Shown piece by piece: positions 61,858-64,000 of a stretch of DNA of 64,000 nucleotides. The stretch's first letter is position 1. Each line of letters begins with the position of its first letter. The position numbers and the translations under genes are program-made. The stretch lies in NCBI GenBank assembly GCA_934747385.1, contig CAKVGK010000002.1:2436-66435 (forward strand). The letters are read 5' to 3'. The notes below the pieces were generated by a model. The model had not been told where the DNA came from. It worked only from the letters and a program-made list of their open reading frames with translations, and ran no database searches. Source of the stretch: an uncultured Clostridia bacterium. GTDB taxonomy: Bacteria > Bacillota > Clostridia > Christensenellales > UBA1242.

Positions 61858-64000
61858 ATGATAAAATTGGTTAATTTAGTTTCGTTTGACCAGGCACTTG
61901 AGTTTGTGCCAAGTTTTTGTTCGGACAAATTAATGCAAGATATAAACATAATTGTGCCAGACAAACTCAGTTTGTTCATGGAAAAGCACTTGTTTGAAAG
62001 CCTTAATATCAGTGCAAGTTTTAACCTTAGGGTAGTGACATTAGATAGACTTGTCAAAAAAAATATGGATTTGCCAAAAACAAAACAAATAAGCAAACTT
62101 GGCAGCATTGTTTTGGTTCACAAAATTTTAATGGACAACAGCCAAAATTTGTCAGTTTTAAAAAATAGGGCATATTCGTTTGGCTATGCGGAAGAAATTT
62201 TAAACACAATCGGGCAATTAAAGGCTTCGAAAATTTTAGTTGAAGAAATGCTTAAATTCACACATTCTAACACCCAACTGCAAAACAAAATTCACGATTT
62301 GGCAATCGTTTTTGAACAATATGAAACCTTAAAAGCAGGCTTGTTGGACGCAACTGACCAATTCTTAATGTGCTGCTTAAACCTCAACAAAATACACACA
62401 AATCAAAACTTTTTGTTTGTTGGGTTTGACGATTTCACCGCAGTGGAATACACAGCCATTGAACAATTGGCAACAAGCAATGAGGTCATTGTTTTAAATT
62501 ATTCATGCAAATCAAACAACCAACACTTGTATAACGACGAAATTGCTTCTCAACTTAAACAAATTGCATACATAAATCAACTCCCAATTGAATTTTCAAC
62601 TTTTGAGCAAGTTACTGACACGCTTAAATCATACATTTCAAAGAACATTTTTGGCATAAAACCTTCAACTTTTTGCGATGAACAAGAAAGGGTTAAAATT
62701 TTTGCCTGTAAAGATAGTTACGAAGAAATTGACCAAGTTGCACGTGACATTCGCATGAAAGTCCTTGATGGTGCAAAGTTTTCTCAGTTTGGTGTTGCAG
62801 TTTTTAATAAGGACAATTTAAACGAACAACTCAACGAAATTTTCACTAAATATGAATTAAACTTTTATCTTGATGGCGAAATGGAAATCAATCAAAGCAC
62901 ACTTTACAAATTTGTGTGCGACGTTTTGCGACTAAACCTTGAGTCATATGAGGTAGTGCATTATATTGACATTATAAATTCACCATTTTTTGTGTTGGAC
63001 GAGCAGACTAAACAAGCGTTAATTTTAAAACTTTTGCAAATCAATTTTAAAGGCAATTTAACCACAAAACTGGATTTGGGCGAACTTAGCGCAGCAAAAG
63101 AAAAATTAATAGAATTTTTAAATTATTTTGATTTTAAAGAAAAAACAATTGAAAATGTTAATCAACAACTGAAATACGCGTTTAAAACGCTGGAATTTGA
63201 AGCAATTTTGCAAAATTTATGTGAAAAAACTGAAATTTTTAGTAAACAAATTTTGCTGTCGAAATCAATTGAAACAATTGAAAATGTTTTTGACGAAATT
63301 GAAAAGTTCTATTCTGGTGCATGTTTAGACGTGGTTGCAGACGTGTTTTTCCACGTAGGTGAGGTGTGCAAAATAAGCAATTTGCCACTAACTTTGGACG
63401 CAATCAAAATTGTTGACGCAAACAATTTTTGTGAAAGATTTAACAATTTGTATGTTTTAGGGTGCAGTGCAGATAATGCCCCAAGTTTTAAAGCGGATTG
63501 CGGCATTATCGTGGACGATGAAATTGCAGAACTTAACTTTAAACACAAACTTTCACCAACAATTGCACATATCAACAAACTTGCACGTTTGCGCTTGTTG
63601 AACTCCTGTTTAAATTTCAGGCAAACTCTCACCCTAGCTTATTCTCGCACACAAAGCGAGTTGGTTAAAGAGTTTTGCGCAAGGCTTACAAACAAAAACG
63701 CACAAAAGCTGCAGCCAAGTTTGAATTTGCTTGGGCAATATGTTGCAATTTCAAAACAGGATTTTATTGAAAAAAATTTGATATATAGCACAAATTCTGC
63801 AAAAAAATTTGTTGCAAGCAAAAATTTATCTCATGTTTCAAAATGTGATGGTTTAAAAATAGACACAATTTCCGCAAGTAGGCTGGAAGATTATTTCAAA
63901 TGCCCATTTCATCATTTTTTGAATTACACCTTAAAGGTGCGTGAACGCTTAAAAACAGACATAATGCCGCTTGACACAGGTAACATTTTGCATGAAATTT
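61858..64000 (+). CDS. addB: ATP-dependent helicase/deoxyribonuclease subunit B (AddB/RexB), C-terminus outside window; absent from the ORF track
   Basis: I translated frame 1 by hand from 61858 to the window end and found no stop. Near the end, SRLEDYFKCPFHHFLNYTLKVRERLKTDIMPLDTGNILHE matches the start of the AddB nuclease domain. Confidence 0.75.
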   Translation, partial: MIKLVNLVSFDQALEFVPSFCSDKLMQDINIIVPDKLSLFMEKHLFESLNISASFNLRVVTLDRLVKKNMDLPKTKQISKLGSIVLVHKILMDNSQNLSVLKNRAYSFGYAEEILNTIGQLKASKILVEEMLKFTHSNTQLQNKIHDLAIVFEQYETLKAGLLDATDQFLMCCLNLNKIHTNQNFLFVGFDDFTAVEYTAIEQLATSNEVIVLNYSCKSNNQHLYNDEIASQLKQIAYINQLPIEFSTFEQVTDTLKSYISKNIFGIKPSTFCDEQERVKIFACKDSYEEIDQVARDIRMKVLDGAKFSQFGVAVFNKDNLNEQLNEIFTKYELNFYLDGEMEINQSTLYKFVCDVLRLNLESYEVVHYIDIINSPFFVLDEQTKQALILKLLQINFKGNLTTKLDLGELSAAKEKLIEFLNYFDFKEKTIENVNQQLKYAFKTLEFEAILQNLCEKTEIFSKQILLSKSIETIENVFDEIEKFYSGACLDVVADVFFHVGEVCKISNLPLTLDAIKIVDANNFCERFNNLYVLGCSADNAPSFKADCGIIVDDEIAELNFKHKLSPTIAHINKLARLRLLNSCLNFRQTLTLAYSRTQSELVKEFCARLTNKNAQKLQPSLNLLGQYVAISKQDFIEKNLIYSTNSAKKFVASKNLSHVSKCDGLKIDTISASRLEDYFKCPFHHFLNYTLKVRERLKTDIMPLDTGNILHEI

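Overview
AT-rich, tightly packed chromosomal segment that uses the standard genetic code (TGA is a stop). It looks like a low-GC Bacillota (Firmicute) genome from an apparent endospore former: it has yabP-yabQ-divIC and (mreB-like)-minD-minE-spoIVFB-rplU-prp-rpmA synteny as in Bacillus subtilis. I can support about 60 protein genes, two tRNAs (Asn-GTT, Ser-GCT) and a Bacillus-type large SRP RNA on the minus strand. The SRP RNA is overlapped by a spurious ORF in the track. Two real genes are missing from the ORF track: a 54-aa YjzC-like gene (61554..61718, -) and a 3'-truncated addB (61858..64000, +). Most content is housekeeping: HU, tadA, rlmH, queH, alr, truA, PFOR, dapA/dapB/aspartokinase, ndk, MTHFS, ribosomal proteins and pseudouridine synthases. 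I saw no transposase, integrase, cas gene, CRISPR array or recognisable defence system. Observations worth a second look: (1) A divergent 8.7-kb cluster (50585..59273) reads as an Arn-like, undecaprenyl-phosphate-linked three-component pathway that would put a 4-amino-4,6-dideoxyhexose, possibly aminoacylated by an ATP-grasp enzyme, on the envelope of a Gram-positive. (2) A 902-aa membrane-anchored coiled-coil protein carries an acidic Asp/Tyr/Asn/Gln block and ten AT-hook (GRPRK/GRPKK) motifs. (3) Five tandem 44-bp units with mutually exclusive hairpins lie in the 3' region of a membrane-protein gene, plus a related dispersed GAAACC-N10-TTGAGTGT element. (4) A perfect 111-bp tandem repeat (2.5 copies) re-copies the 3' end of minD. 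(5) Sigma-A-type promoters recur with the -10 box 6-7 nt upstream of an ATG that lacks a Shine-Dalgarno sequence, implying leaderless mRNAs for at least five genes. (6) One protein fuses an HEPN-like (RNxxxH) domain to CBS domains. (7) A 3601-aa lipoprotein contains three GLUG-repeat modules. All functional calls rest on motif recognition by eye; no database search was run.
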